DNA from: an uncultured virus (IMG/VR IMGVR_UViG_3300042946_001372)
Taxonomy: Duplodnaviria > Heunggongvirae > Uroviricota > Caudoviricetes
Length of the DNA stretch: 62,289 nucleotides
Virus record (IMG/VR): IMGVR_UViG_3300042946_001372
Direction: 5' to 3' (one strand)
Within the stretch, counting starts at the first letter, position 1. Each line of letters begins with the position of its first letter. Below the pieces are notes generated by a model. That model saw only the letters and a list, made by a program, of their open reading frames with translations. It did no database searches and had not been told where the DNA came from. Shown piece by piece: positions 19,443 to 28,927 of the stretch. Both the position numbers and the translations under genes were made by a program.

Positions 19443-20543
19443 ATGAAACAAAAAAAAGTAGTAGTGTTAGGAGGTGGTGGATTTATCGGTGGTCATTTGG
19501 CCAAACGATTAAAAAACGAAGGAGCACATGTAAGAATCTGTGATATCAAAAAACATGAATATTTCTTCCAAAACGAAATTTGTCATGAATTTATCTTAGG
19601 GGATTTAACAGACCCTAAGGTTGTTGACCTCGTTATAGAAGAGGGAGTTGATGAATTATATCAATTAGCCGCAGATATGGGCGGTGCACTATACATTTTT
19701 ACAGGTGAGAACGATGCAAATTTGATGCATAATTCATCTTTGATAAATTTGAATGTTGCTAGTGAATGTGTAAAAAAGAAAGTAAAAAAAGTTTTTTATT
19801 CCTCGTCAGCTTGTATGTATCCTGAACATAACCAATTGGATGCAAGTAACCCAAACTGTGAAGAAAGTTCGGCTTATCCAGCAAATCCCGATTCTGAATA
19901 TGGGTGGGAAAAACTATTTTCAGAAAGAATTTATTTGGCCTACCATAGAAACTATGGATTGGATGTACGTATTGCCCGATTCCATAATATATTTGGACCC
20001 CAAGGAACTTGGCAGGGGGGACGTGAAAAATCACCAGCGGCTATGTGTAGAAAAGCAGCAGAATTGCCCGATGGTGGCGAATTAGAAGTTTGGGGTAACG
20101 GACAACAGACAAGGTCATTCCTCTATGTTGATGAATGTATTGAAGCCGTTCTCAGACTAATGTATTCGAAATTTACAGGACCTGTAAACATAGGTAGTGA
20201 AGAAATGGTGACAATCAATCAATTAGCACAAATGGCTATTGAATTTTCAGGAAAAAATATTAAAATAAAAAATATAGAAGGTGAAGAATTCTTCAAAAAG
20301 TATGGTTTCAAATGTCCTTTAGGTGTTAAAGGTAGAAACTCAGATAATAAACTCTTTAGAGAAAAAATTGGATGGGAGGTCAGTCAACCTCTATCATTAG
20401 GTCTAAGAAAAACCTTCAATTGGATAAAATCACAAATTGACACAAAAGAAAAAGAAACTCCATGGATTTATGAAAGTCCCGATGGTGGAAAAACGGTCTA
20501 TAAACGAGAACCCTCTAAAACAAAAAAAATCAAAGTTAAATGA
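19443..20543 (+). CDS. GDP-D-mannose 3',5'-epimerase-like SDR
   Basis: GGGGFIG, LAADMGG, FYSSSACMYP, YGWEKLFSE, RFHNIFGP.GTW.GGREKSPAAMCRK, GV.GRNSDN; keeps the Cys/Lys pair typical of GME. Confidence 0.85.
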   Translation: MKQKKVVVLGGGGFIGGHLAKRLKNEGAHVRICDIKKHEYFFQNEICHEFILGDLTDPKVVDLVIEEGVDELYQLAADMGGALYIFTGENDANLMHNSSLINLNVASECVKKKVKKVFYSSSACMYPEHNQLDASNPNCEESSAYPANPDSEYGWEKLFSERIYLAYHRNYGLDVRIARFHNIFGPQGTWQGGREKSPAAMCRKAAELPDGGELEVWGNGQQTRSFLYVDECIEAVLRLMYSKFTGPVNIGSEEMVTINQLAQMAIEFSGKNIKIKNIEGEEFFKKYGFKCPLGVKGRNSDNKLFREKIGWEVSQPLSLGLRKTFNWIKSQIDTKEKETPWIYESPDGGKTVYKREPSKTKKIKVK

Positions 20544-21271
20544 GTAGAACAAAAAAAAATCCAGCTCCTACCCCAACTTTAGAAAATTCAAATTTCAAAA
20601 CAAAAAAAGAACTTATAACGTCAATTCTAAAAAAGAAAACAAAACAAAAATTTTTATCCGAAAGTCAAAAAGAATACTACGAAAAATTATCCAATAACCA
20701 GATTACAATTTGTTCAGGACCAGCTGGTGTTGGTAAGAGTTATATTGCAATGAAATGTGCGGTAGACTTATTATTTGACCCTGAAACCCCTTTTGAGAAG
20801 ATTATAATTGTAAGACCAGCGGTTGAGGCGGAAGAAAAATTAGGTAGTCTTCCAGGTGGTGTAGAAGAAAAACTTGACCCCTATATATTCCCATCATATT
20901 ATCTTTTAAATAAAATCATCGGAAAAGACATACGTGAAAAATTAAAAGAGATTGAAGCAATTGAAGTTTTTGCTCTTGCCTACATGAGAGGTATGAATAT
21001 TGACAATTCAATTTTAATTTTTGAAGAATCTCAAAACTCGACCCCAAGTCAAATGAAACTTCTTTTAACTCGAATTGGCTTTAATTCTAAATTTTTCATA
21101 TCAGGAGATTTGGAACAATTTGACAGACATAAAGATAAAACTCAGACAGGGTTATGGGATGCTATGAAAAAATTCAGAGATTTCAATGATGTCGGAATTC
21201 ATGAATTCAAGGATACTGATGTTGTAAGAAATCCTTTGATAACACAAATATTGAAAAGATACGAAGAATGA
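20540..21271 (+). CDS. phoH: PhoH-family ATPase
   Basis: GPAGVGKS, RPAVEA.EKLG.LPG, AYMRG, TRIG, GD..Q, VVRNPL. Confidence 0.95.
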   Translation: MSRTKKNPAPTPTLENSNFKTKKELITSILKKKTKQKFLSESQKEYYEKLSNNQITICSGPAGVGKSYIAMKCAVDLLFDPETPFEKIIIVRPAVEAEEKLGSLPGGVEEKLDPYIFPSYYLLNKIIGKDIREKLKEIEAIEVFALAYMRGMNIDNSILIFEESQNSTPSQMKLLLTRIGFNSKFFISGDLEQFDRHKDKTQTGLWDAMKKFRDFNDVGIHEFKDTDVVRNPLITQILKRYEE

Positions 21272-21858
21272 AAATTGGAATCGAAATAAATGGTGTTTTG
21301 CGAAATACTCTTGGAAAAATCCAACAAGAATACGAGAAGTGGTATATTGACAACCCTTTTAAGGAGGAATCGGAGTTCGAGTATAAAGTGAAATCAGATA
21401 TAACAACCTTGAATATTTTGGAACATCTTGCCTTTAAGGACAACGATGAACTTTATAATTTTTTATATCAAGAACACACCATGGAAATTTTTGGTCATGC
21501 AGGTTCAGTAGAACCAAATGGACTTTTGGACTTAAATAGTATATATTTAGACTTACGGGATAAACACGAATTTATTATTGTTTCAGACGAGATTGGTAAA
21601 TCAAAACCCGCATCTCTTTTTTTTATATCTAAATTTGGAAGTTTAATTGAACACGTGTTGTTTTATAGTGAAATCACGATGGATAATTTATGGTCAAACG
21701 TAGACATACTTGTAACAGCTAATCCTAAATTATTGTTGAATCATCCTCAAAACAAAACTTTAATAAAATATGAAACTTCTTATAATTCAGATACACAGAT
21801 AATTCATCAAATAAAATCTATAAAAGACCTAAAAAATAAATTACAAGAAATATGTTAA
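21268..21858 (+). CDS. HAD-superfamily 5'(3')-nucleotidase-like protein, degenerate motif I
   Basis: MKIGIEINGVLR resembles IxIDxDGVL; fold pattern of phage 5'-nucleotidases. Confidence 0.5.
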   Translation: MKIGIEINGVLRNTLGKIQQEYEKWYIDNPFKEESEFEYKVKSDITTLNILEHLAFKDNDELYNFLYQEHTMEIFGHAGSVEPNGLLDLNSIYLDLRDKHEFIIVSDEIGKSKPASLFFISKFGSLIEHVLFYSEITMDNLWSNVDILVTANPKLLLNHPQNKTLIKYETSYNSDTQIIHQIKSIKDLKNKLQEIC

Positions 21859-22130
21859 AAGTACTAAACGAGAATTACTTTGTTGACTTAGATGAGTTAG
21901 AAAAATATTTGGACATCTCAGAAGTTAGTTCAGAATCATCTAGTGGATTCACAGAAATGAAAGTCAACATCGTAAAATTTGAAATTGTCAAAATGCTGAT
22001 GGAAGTGGTTTTGTCAGAAAACGAAGAGATGGACGATAAATTAGGTTTGAAAAGTACAAACAACCTTAGTGTTCCTTTTAAGTTAGCCTTTAACAGTCTA
22101 TTAAATAAAAAGTTAATCAATCATTACTAA
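21852..22130 (+). CDS. Hypothetical protein
   Basis: 92-aa ORF in an operon. Confidence 0.65.
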   Translation: MLKVLNENYFVDLDELEKYLDISEVSSESSSGFTEMKVNIVKFEIVKMLMEVVLSENEEMDDKLGLKSTNNLSVPFKLAFNSLLNKKLINHY

Positions 22131-22131
22131 T

Positions 22132-23178
22132 ATGGAAAATATTTCTAAAGACAAGGTTTTAGCCTCGATAACAAATCTTAGAGAAAAAAAATCAAAAATT
22201 TATTTCTTTGTACAAGATACAAAAGGAAATGCAAGAGCATCTGTTAGATATATCTATCAGATTGCAATGGAATTAAAAAATTCGAATTTCAACCCTGTAA
22301 TTTTACACGAAAAAAATGATTACATGGGTGTTGATAAGTGGTTAGAGTCTGAATTTATGACAATCCCACATCAATCAATTGAAAATCAAAACCTTCAAAT
22401 CGCACCTGAGGATTTTTTGGTGATTCCTGAACTCTTCGGATTTGTGATGGAACAAGTAAAAAATCTACCTTGTGCTAAAATTGTTCTTACTCAATCATAT
22501 GCGTATATGCTTGAAACATTACAACCTGGACAATCTTGGGCTCAACACGGTGTTTACAAATGTATAACAACCTGTCAGACTCAAAAAGAGTATATTGAAA
22601 AAGTTATGAGACAGGCATCAGTAGATATTTTAGAACCTGTAATATCTGAGTCATTCACAAAAAAAGGGATTCCCCCGATGCCAATTATTGGTGTACATAC
22701 TCGTGAACAAGAGGATGCTATTTCTATCATCAAAACTTTTTATTTAAGATTTCCTCAATACAGATGGTTCACATTCAGAGACCTAAGAGGTTTGAGTGAA
22801 AAAGAATTTGCGAAAACACTAAAAGATTGTTTTCTTAGTGTGTGGGTCGATACTAAAAGTGGTTTTGGTACTTTTCCATTAGAAAGTATGGCTTGTGGTG
22901 TACCTGTATTAGGTAAAATACCTGATTTACAACCTTCTTGGATGACTCAAGAAAACGGGGTTTGGATTACGGATTTGACATTGATAACTGATTTTATTGC
23001 AGACTTCGTTCAGAATTGGTTAGAAGACAACATCAAACCTGAGCTTTACGAAAACATGGATAAAACTGTTGAACAATTCAAAAGCAAACAAAAATTTACA
23101 ACTGACGTAATAAACCTTTTTGAAAGTTACTTGACCACAAGGGCAAATCAATTAGAAGAACAAATTTCAAAACTTTAA
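22132..23178 (+). CDS. Glycosyltransferase (GT-B)
   Basis: VIPE, GFGTFPLESMACGVPV motif. Confidence 0.75.
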   Translation: MENISKDKVLASITNLREKKSKIYFFVQDTKGNARASVRYIYQIAMELKNSNFNPVILHEKNDYMGVDKWLESEFMTIPHQSIENQNLQIAPEDFLVIPELFGFVMEQVKNLPCAKIVLTQSYAYMLETLQPGQSWAQHGVYKCITTCQTQKEYIEKVMRQASVDILEPVISESFTKKGIPPMPIIGVHTREQEDAISIIKTFYLRFPQYRWFTFRDLRGLSEKEFAKTLKDCFLSVWVDTKSGFGTFPLESMACGVPVLGKIPDLQPSWMTQENGVWITDLTLITDFIADFVQNWLEDNIKPELYENMDKTVEQFKSKQKFTTDVINLFESYLTTRANQLEEQISKL

Positions 23179-23181
23179 TAT

Positions 23182-23988
23182 ATGAGCAACAAAATATCTG
23201 TATCTGTAATTTTACCAATCAAATCAGCCAAAGCTAAAGATTTTGACGAATATTTTGGTAAAGCAATAACATCACTCAAAAATCAAAAAACTGAAATCGA
23301 AGAATTAGTAATTGTTCACACAGCTGAAGAACAATTAGTCACATTACTTAAATCCTACGATTTTGGAAATTTAAATGTTAAACTTTTACTTTGGGAGGAA
23401 ACACCAAATTTTGCTTCACAATTAAATCACGGTATAAAGAACAGTAGTGGTAAATGGATTTCTATTTTCGAATTTGATGATGAGTATTCAAATATTTGGT
23501 TTGATAACGTAAGAAAATATATTGATTCGTTCCCTGAAGTGCAAGTATTTTTACCTGTAGTGGTTGAAACTGACGAAAAAGGTGTTTTCGCAGGTTTTAC
23601 AAATGAGGCAACTTTTGCCGCCAATTTCACTCAAGAAATCGGATTTCTAACTAACGATACTCTACAAGAATATCAAAACTTCCAAACCTCAGGTGGTGTT
23701 ATTAAAAAACAAATTTTAGAAGACTTTGGTTATATGAAACCGTCTATGAAACTGACATTCGTCTACGAATTTCTACTAAGACTAACCTATAACTCAGCAG
23801 TGATAATGACTGTACCTAGATTGGGTTACAAACATACAAACTTGAGGGAGGGTTCTTTGTTTTGGAATTACAAATTTGGTGAAGATAAAATGTTAGAAGA
23901 CGAGGTAAGATTTTGGATAAAAACGGCTAAACAAGAGTATTTTTTTGTTGATGATAGAGCCATAAAATATCAACCAACAAGTGAATAA
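23182..23988 (+). CDS. Glycosyltransferase family 2
   Basis: ISVSVILP, LNHGIK..SGKWI..FEFDD. Confidence 0.75.
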   Translation: MSNKISVSVILPIKSAKAKDFDEYFGKAITSLKNQKTEIEELVIVHTAEEQLVTLLKSYDFGNLNVKLLLWEETPNFASQLNHGIKNSSGKWISIFEFDDEYSNIWFDNVRKYIDSFPEVQVFLPVVVETDEKGVFAGFTNEATFAANFTQEIGFLTNDTLQEYQNFQTSGGVIKKQILEDFGYMKPSMKLTFVYEFLLRLTYNSAVIMTVPRLGYKHTNLREGSLFWNYKFGEDKMLEDEVRFWIKTAKQEYFFVDDRAIKYQPTSE

Positions 23989-24737
23989 TGTCCGAAACCA
24001 TTTCAGGTAAGACAGAGGATGTTTCGTTAAAAAGAAGAGGTAGAAAAGCAGTAAAGGAAAATTATTTTGATGTTCGAGAAGAAACCGCAGTTAGAAAATT
24101 TTTGATTGCAGAATCCTCCGAAGAAAAAAATAAAATTTATAATGAATTTCTAAGAGCTCCTTTAGATAAGATGATTTCTTCTATTATTAGAAGATATAAA
24201 CTTTATCGAAAAGATATGGATTTTGAAGAAATCCATGTTGATACTCATTCTTTTTTGATGACGAAGGTTGATAAATTCAAACCTTCAAAAAATAAAAAAG
24301 CTTACTCGTATTTTGGTACTATTTGTAAGAACTATTTGATGGGTCAAATAATAAAAGACCAAAAAGAAACAAATAGAAAAATATCTTATGAGGACATATC
24401 TTCAACAATAGAAGAACGTCCTGATATGATTTACAGAATAGATGAAGACCATTTGGACACAAACCTTGTTATATCGACTTATTTGGAAAAATTAAAAGAA
24501 TATGTTGATTGTGAGGTTTTGTCGGACAATGAAAAAAAATTAGGATATGCCCTGATTGACTTATTTTATAATTACGAGACAATTTTCACAGGAAGAGAAA
24601 ATAACAAATTTAATAAAAATATTATTTTACTCTCTCTCAGGGAAATGACTAACCTTAGTACAAAAGAAATAAGGGGCTCAATTAAAAAATTCAAAAAATT
24701 ATATATCTCCATTCAAACTAAAATGAAAAACGATTAA
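23988..24737 (+). CDS. T4 gp55-like late-transcription sigma factor
   Basis: N-terminal NYF, then KFKPSKNKKAYSYFGTICKNYL resembling the gp55 FDP.K..NPFAYFTQI region-2 motif. Confidence 0.6.
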   Translation: MSETISGKTEDVSLKRRGRKAVKENYFDVREETAVRKFLIAESSEEKNKIYNEFLRAPLDKMISSIIRRYKLYRKDMDFEEIHVDTHSFLMTKVDKFKPSKNKKAYSYFGTICKNYLMGQIIKDQKETNRKISYEDISSTIEERPDMIYRIDEDHLDTNLVISTYLEKLKEYVDCEVLSDNEKKLGYALIDLFYNYETIFTGRENNKFNKNIILLSLREMTNLSTKEIRGSIKKFKKLYISIQTKMKND

Positions 24738-24752
24738 AAAGTATTTATTATT

Positions 24753-25121
24753 ATGCCAAGGCCGCAAAAAAAAGAAATAAATTTTACTAAAGATTCAATT
24801 TTAGCTTTAATGCAAGAAATCTACAATGAACTTGTGGAACAGAGAAACACTGCAATAAGAATTCAGAATAAAATGTTGACGATGTTAAAGGACCCCGAAG
24901 ACATGACCACAATAGGACCCGTAATCGAAAAACAACAGAAGATTGTGAATGATTGTGTTGAGAAAAAATTGAGTCTTTCTAAACTTCAATCTACCATTTG
25001 GGAAAAATCGAACACATCTAACGAATCATTCAAATTGACTGATTTAGATTTGGATGATGAAATGATACAAAATTTAATCGAAAAAGATGTTTCCAGTGAT
25101 GATGGCATTTATAAAATGTAA
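24753..25121 (+). CDS. Hypothetical helical protein
   Basis: 122-aa ORF with TATTTAT 4 nt upstream. Confidence 0.65.
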   Translation: MPRPQKKEINFTKDSILALMQEIYNELVEQRNTAIRIQNKMLTMLKDPEDMTTIGPVIEKQQKIVNDCVEKKLSLSKLQSTIWEKSNTSNESFKLTDLDLDDEMIQNLIEKDVSSDDGIYKM

Positions 25122-25126
25122 ATCGG

Positions 25127-27193
25127 ATGGCAGAATTAGGAAATTTAGACCTTTCAAATTCCACAAAAGAGGCTGGTGAAGAGATAAGTGCAGTAAATGC
25201 GTTTATCCAAAGTTTACGTGCAAACAAAGATTTAGAAAAAAGTCAAACAAACCCGATAACCCAATCGTTAAATCAGACTACTACCCAACTAAATAAAATC
25301 AACAAACAACAGAAGAGGTTCCTGAGAAAGGTCCCAACTTCTATGAGTGCTTTGAATGATTTGATAGGGTTGACAAGGGGTACCGGAGGTCCAAGTAAAA
25401 AGGCCATTAGAAATTTAATACTTAGGTCAGCAGTTCAATCTGAATCTGAAGTAAAAAAAATCATAGCGGAAGAAGCACTTAAATCGTTAGGTTGTTCTCA
25501 AGAACAAATTTACAAAGCAAATACTCCAATAAGTGCCCAAAATATAGATTTATTACCCGCTAATTCAACAATTTTCATACCAGTTCAGTCTTTGGATGCA
25601 ATTACCTTGGCAAACGGTATGTTAAAACAAAACATCGACCAACCTATCGGAAAAATTTTATACGAGAGTTATCCACCAACAGTTGCGGACAATATAATGA
25701 GACCCTATGGTGGTGTTGTACCTTTCCCTTTTAATAGAACCTTGAGTGGTTTAATGAATAATAACAACAGAAGTTTCTTTGAAGAGAATGGAAAATTCTA
25801 CCAAGGAAGCAGTGGACAAAAATTGTTCAATATACAATATACAACAACAAACGAATTTGGTGTTACAGGAAATTATTATAGAGTTGCACTTGTTGACAGA
25901 GAAGGAATTGCCTCAGAAGTAAACAAAGTAGGAACATTTTTGGAAGACTATTACTCTACAATAAAACTTTTTGATACAACGGAACTTGTACCACAAGTAC
26001 TGAATTTCATATCACAATTTATGAATATGAAAATTCCGGCATCATCTGGCCCAATCGATAGCCAATCTAAATTTTATACATTATTATCGAGAATTTTAGG
26101 TCTGTGCTTTGATTCCAAAGAAGAGATTGATGTAAGTGGTCTTTCCAAAGTTGCAGAACTTGATGGGGTTGATGATGAATTTTTTGAATTTACTGAGCAG
26201 GATTTAAGGCAAATAGAAAACGAAGTAAATAATGTTCAGAATGGGGTGGTGGAATTTGCAGATTGTGAAAATGTAAAATTACCTGTAGATTTCAATAATC
26301 TCACCAATCAATGTTTAGATTTTAAAAATACCGTATCAGGTCAGACATTTGAAGAACAGATTGCAACCATGGAAAATATTATAGACAGTTTGTCTGAAAA
26401 TCCTGATTGGAAAATATACTTGCCTGCGAGTTTTAACGCCGAAGCAACAATCTCAGAGGGAATCATAAAAAACATGGCAATTGCTGTCGCATGTGCTGCA
26501 CTTAGTCCTAAGGTTCTCTTACCAATTTTTATTTTATTGAGTGTTGTCGAAAGTGAAAAAAATTTATCGTACAATCAAGCAGTCACTCCGATAAATCAGG
26601 TGAACACCGCAGGAACAAATATTGTTACAGATTCCGTAGATTTCATAAAAAAATTCACAAGTTTTGTAATAAAAGTTGTATCTAGGATTGGTGGAATCTT
26701 TATCAAGGTTTTATTTGAAACCTTGAAAAGAGAGTTGGTAAATCTAATAAAAATTGTTGTAAATGAAATTGTTGCAAACAAATTAAAAGATTCAACCGCA
26801 CAAACAAAAGCTTTGGTCCAAGCAGGAATTGATATTGCCGCTCAGATAACACAAGGAATTTTTGATTATAAAAAATGTAAGTCGCTTGTTGATGAAATAA
26901 AAAACATAATAAACATTATTAGAAAATTACCAGGAAAAAGACGTAAAATACCTTTACCACTAGCAATTTTGTCAGATTTTTTACCTGGTGAATCTGCGGA
27001 AGGTGCTTTCATAAATACGATAGGTTACCTACAAAAAATAGGATTACCTACAGATGCATTACCCGACGGTACACCAAATTTGATGCTACTTTACAACTAT
27101 GCAACACACAGAGGTAGAAGACAAAATCAAATTCAACAGGGCGTAAACGACACCTACTGTTTTAACGGTTTTTGCTGGAGTGTCCCGAGATGA
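25127..27193 (+). CDS. Hypothetical protein, probably tail/baseplate associated
   Basis: 688-aa ORF upstream of the spike gene; function inferred from context only. Confidence 0.55.
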   Translation: MAELGNLDLSNSTKEAGEEISAVNAFIQSLRANKDLEKSQTNPITQSLNQTTTQLNKINKQQKRFLRKVPTSMSALNDLIGLTRGTGGPSKKAIRNLILRSAVQSESEVKKIIAEEALKSLGCSQEQIYKANTPISAQNIDLLPANSTIFIPVQSLDAITLANGMLKQNIDQPIGKILYESYPPTVADNIMRPYGGVVPFPFNRTLSGLMNNNNRSFFEENGKFYQGSSGQKLFNIQYTTTNEFGVTGNYYRVALVDREGIASEVNKVGTFLEDYYSTIKLFDTTELVPQVLNFISQFMNMKIPASSGPIDSQSKFYTLLSRILGLCFDSKEEIDVSGLSKVAELDGVDDEFFEFTEQDLRQIENEVNNVQNGVVEFADCENVKLPVDFNNLTNQCLDFKNTVSGQTFEEQIATMENIIDSLSENPDWKIYLPASFNAEATISEGIIKNMAIAVACAALSPKVLLPIFILLSVVESEKNLSYNQAVTPINQVNTAGTNIVTDSVDFIKKFTSFVIKVVSRIGGIFIKVLFETLKRELVNLIKIVVNEIVANKLKDSTAQTKALVQAGIDIAAQITQGIFDYKKCKSLVDEIKNIINIIRKLPGKRRKIPLPLAILSDFLPGESAEGAFINTIGYLQKIGLPTDALPDGTPNLMLLYNYATHRGRRQNQIQQGVNDTYCFNGFCWSVPR

Positions 27194-27402
27194 CTATGGA
27201 ACAAGTTAAAGAAGATATTACAAATGACGCCTTACGTCTGAAGGAACTGTCTAATGCTAATTTGATTGAACGTTTAGATAGTTTATCAATTGAATTTGAA
27301 AAAATAAAAAATGAAATCCTTACACTAACATATCAGTTAGACTCAGTTGAAGGTTTGTACAATAAATTTCTAAAAGAATACCAATCAAGAGGAAATGTCT
27401 AG
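27190..27402 (+). CDS. Small coiled-coil hypothetical protein
   Basis: ATG at 27190 overlaps the previous stop (ATGA). Confidence 0.55.
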   Translation: MTMEQVKEDITNDALRLKELSNANLIERLDSLSIEFEKIKNEILTLTYQLDSVEGLYNKFLKEYQSRGNV

Positions 27403-28909
27403 TCAATCTATATTATATCAGGGAACTGTTTTAGACAATAAGGACCCACTCATGCTTGGTAGAATCAGGGCTAAAATCAATATTATAAATTTACCTGATA
27501 CACTGAAAAGTGTGGAGGATTGGAGTAATTCTGCCGATGCTTGGACTGAAAAAGACCCACTGATTTTTACTCCTTTAATACCCTATTTTTTGTATCAAGT
27601 ACCTGAGGTTGGAGAACTAATTCAGATTATGTTTATGAATTTTGATTTTAAATTTCAAAATCAATTTTACATACAAAGTAATTTTTTCTCTCCAAGCTCA
27701 TCTTTCTTCACGTACAATGCTTCAGGTTCGTACAATACAGGAACAGGTTTTCAAGTTAAACCCCCAAGGAACCTCAAGAAAAAAGACGGAAATTGGGATG
27801 ACCCGACTGAGGCCGGAATTTATCCTGAACCACTTGACAATGCACTTTTGGGTAGAGGAAGTGCGGATGTGATTGTAAAAAAGAATGAATTGATTTTACG
27901 GGCGGGTAAATTTTCAGAACCACCTCAATCAAATACTGTTGCGGTTTCTAATCCGAACCGAGCTTTCTTACAACTTTCTAATTTTGACAGAACAAAGTCG
28001 GGTGAAGAAACTCAGAAAATTATTTCTACCACACCTATTACCTTGTTAGTAAATTATTTAATAGAATGGGTTATCAACAATCCTGAAAATAATGCAAATA
28101 GATTTAATGGTTCTGTATATCTATACTCACTGAAACCATCAGTTAAATACAATACAGATAATTTTACAGTGACCACAGAGGTTTCTGTTGCCGATAAATT
28201 TTTAATTGATACGGAAAATTTCACTCAATTATCGATGATAGACACAATAGGGTTTATAAATTCATATATATCAACGTGTAATCAAAGTAATGTGAGTAGA
28301 ACGGGAGCTCAATTATTTTCTGAGTCAACAAATAAATTTCCGATTTTTTTCCGACCAACCGTTGAGATGTATAACATAATAAATCCATCTTCTGGTATAT
28401 CAAACATAAATGTAAATTCGAAAAGAAATCTGAAAATAGTATACAACGGTACAAAACTGAATACCGCAGACCCGGGTGGTTATGGATTGATTTGGAAAAA
28501 AGATACAGTTGGATTACCTTCCAAGGTTCAAATTCAAGAAGTAAAAACTAGTAATTTTAAATACCAACCTAATACTTTGGCAGCTTTGGGTGGTCAAAAA
28601 ATTTACCTATTATCGCAAGACTCTGATATTGAAGGAAAACAAAAAATAAATTTTGCAAATTCAGTTTACGGAATCGCCGAGTCTGCATTCACAGAAACTA
28701 TACAATCCAATACATCAAGTATGGTTCGAGGTGAAGAATTACTCGAACTAATCAACTTGATTTATAACTTCTTAGTTTCCCATACCCACGCATATCCTGG
28801 TTTAGCACCTGTATCAAAAACTCAATCAGGAATCCAAGTAGAAGATTTGGACCGAATGATGCAAAGTGCAAGAAGAAAAATATTGAACTCAAATATTCGA
28901 TTGAATTGA
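27395..28909 (+). CDS. Baseplate central spike / gp5-like OB-fold protein
   Basis: N-terminal GTVLDNKDPLMLGRIRAK...P.VGE.I.I (gp5/VgrG OB fold) and C-terminal HTH metal-binding tip motif (SHTHAYPG). Confidence 0.7.
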   Translation: MSSQSILYQGTVLDNKDPLMLGRIRAKINIINLPDTLKSVEDWSNSADAWTEKDPLIFTPLIPYFLYQVPEVGELIQIMFMNFDFKFQNQFYIQSNFFSPSSSFFTYNASGSYNTGTGFQVKPPRNLKKKDGNWDDPTEAGIYPEPLDNALLGRGSADVIVKKNELILRAGKFSEPPQSNTVAVSNPNRAFLQLSNFDRTKSGEETQKIISTTPITLLVNYLIEWVINNPENNANRFNGSVYLYSLKPSVKYNTDNFTVTTEVSVADKFLIDTENFTQLSMIDTIGFINSYISTCNQSNVSRTGAQLFSESTNKFPIFFRPTVEMYNIINPSSGISNINVNSKRNLKIVYNGTKLNTADPGGYGLIWKKDTVGLPSKVQIQEVKTSNFKYQPNTLAALGGQKIYLLSQDSDIEGKQKINFANSVYGIAESAFTETIQSNTSSMVRGEELLELINLIYNFLVSHTHAYPGLAPVSKTQSGIQVEDLDRMMQSARRKILNSNIRLN

Positions 28910-28927
28910 TATTTATAAAGAAAAGTA

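Noticed and set aside
9362..23988. Host LPS/capsule locus (bacterial chromosome segment)
   Set aside because: No flippase, polymerase or initiating phosphoglycosyl transferase; interleaved with dUTPase, PhoH and the phage sigma, and flanked by virion genes
24753..25121. Terminase small subunit
   Set aside because: Size and helicity fit, but there is no recognisable motif and it is far from the large subunit; left as hypothetical
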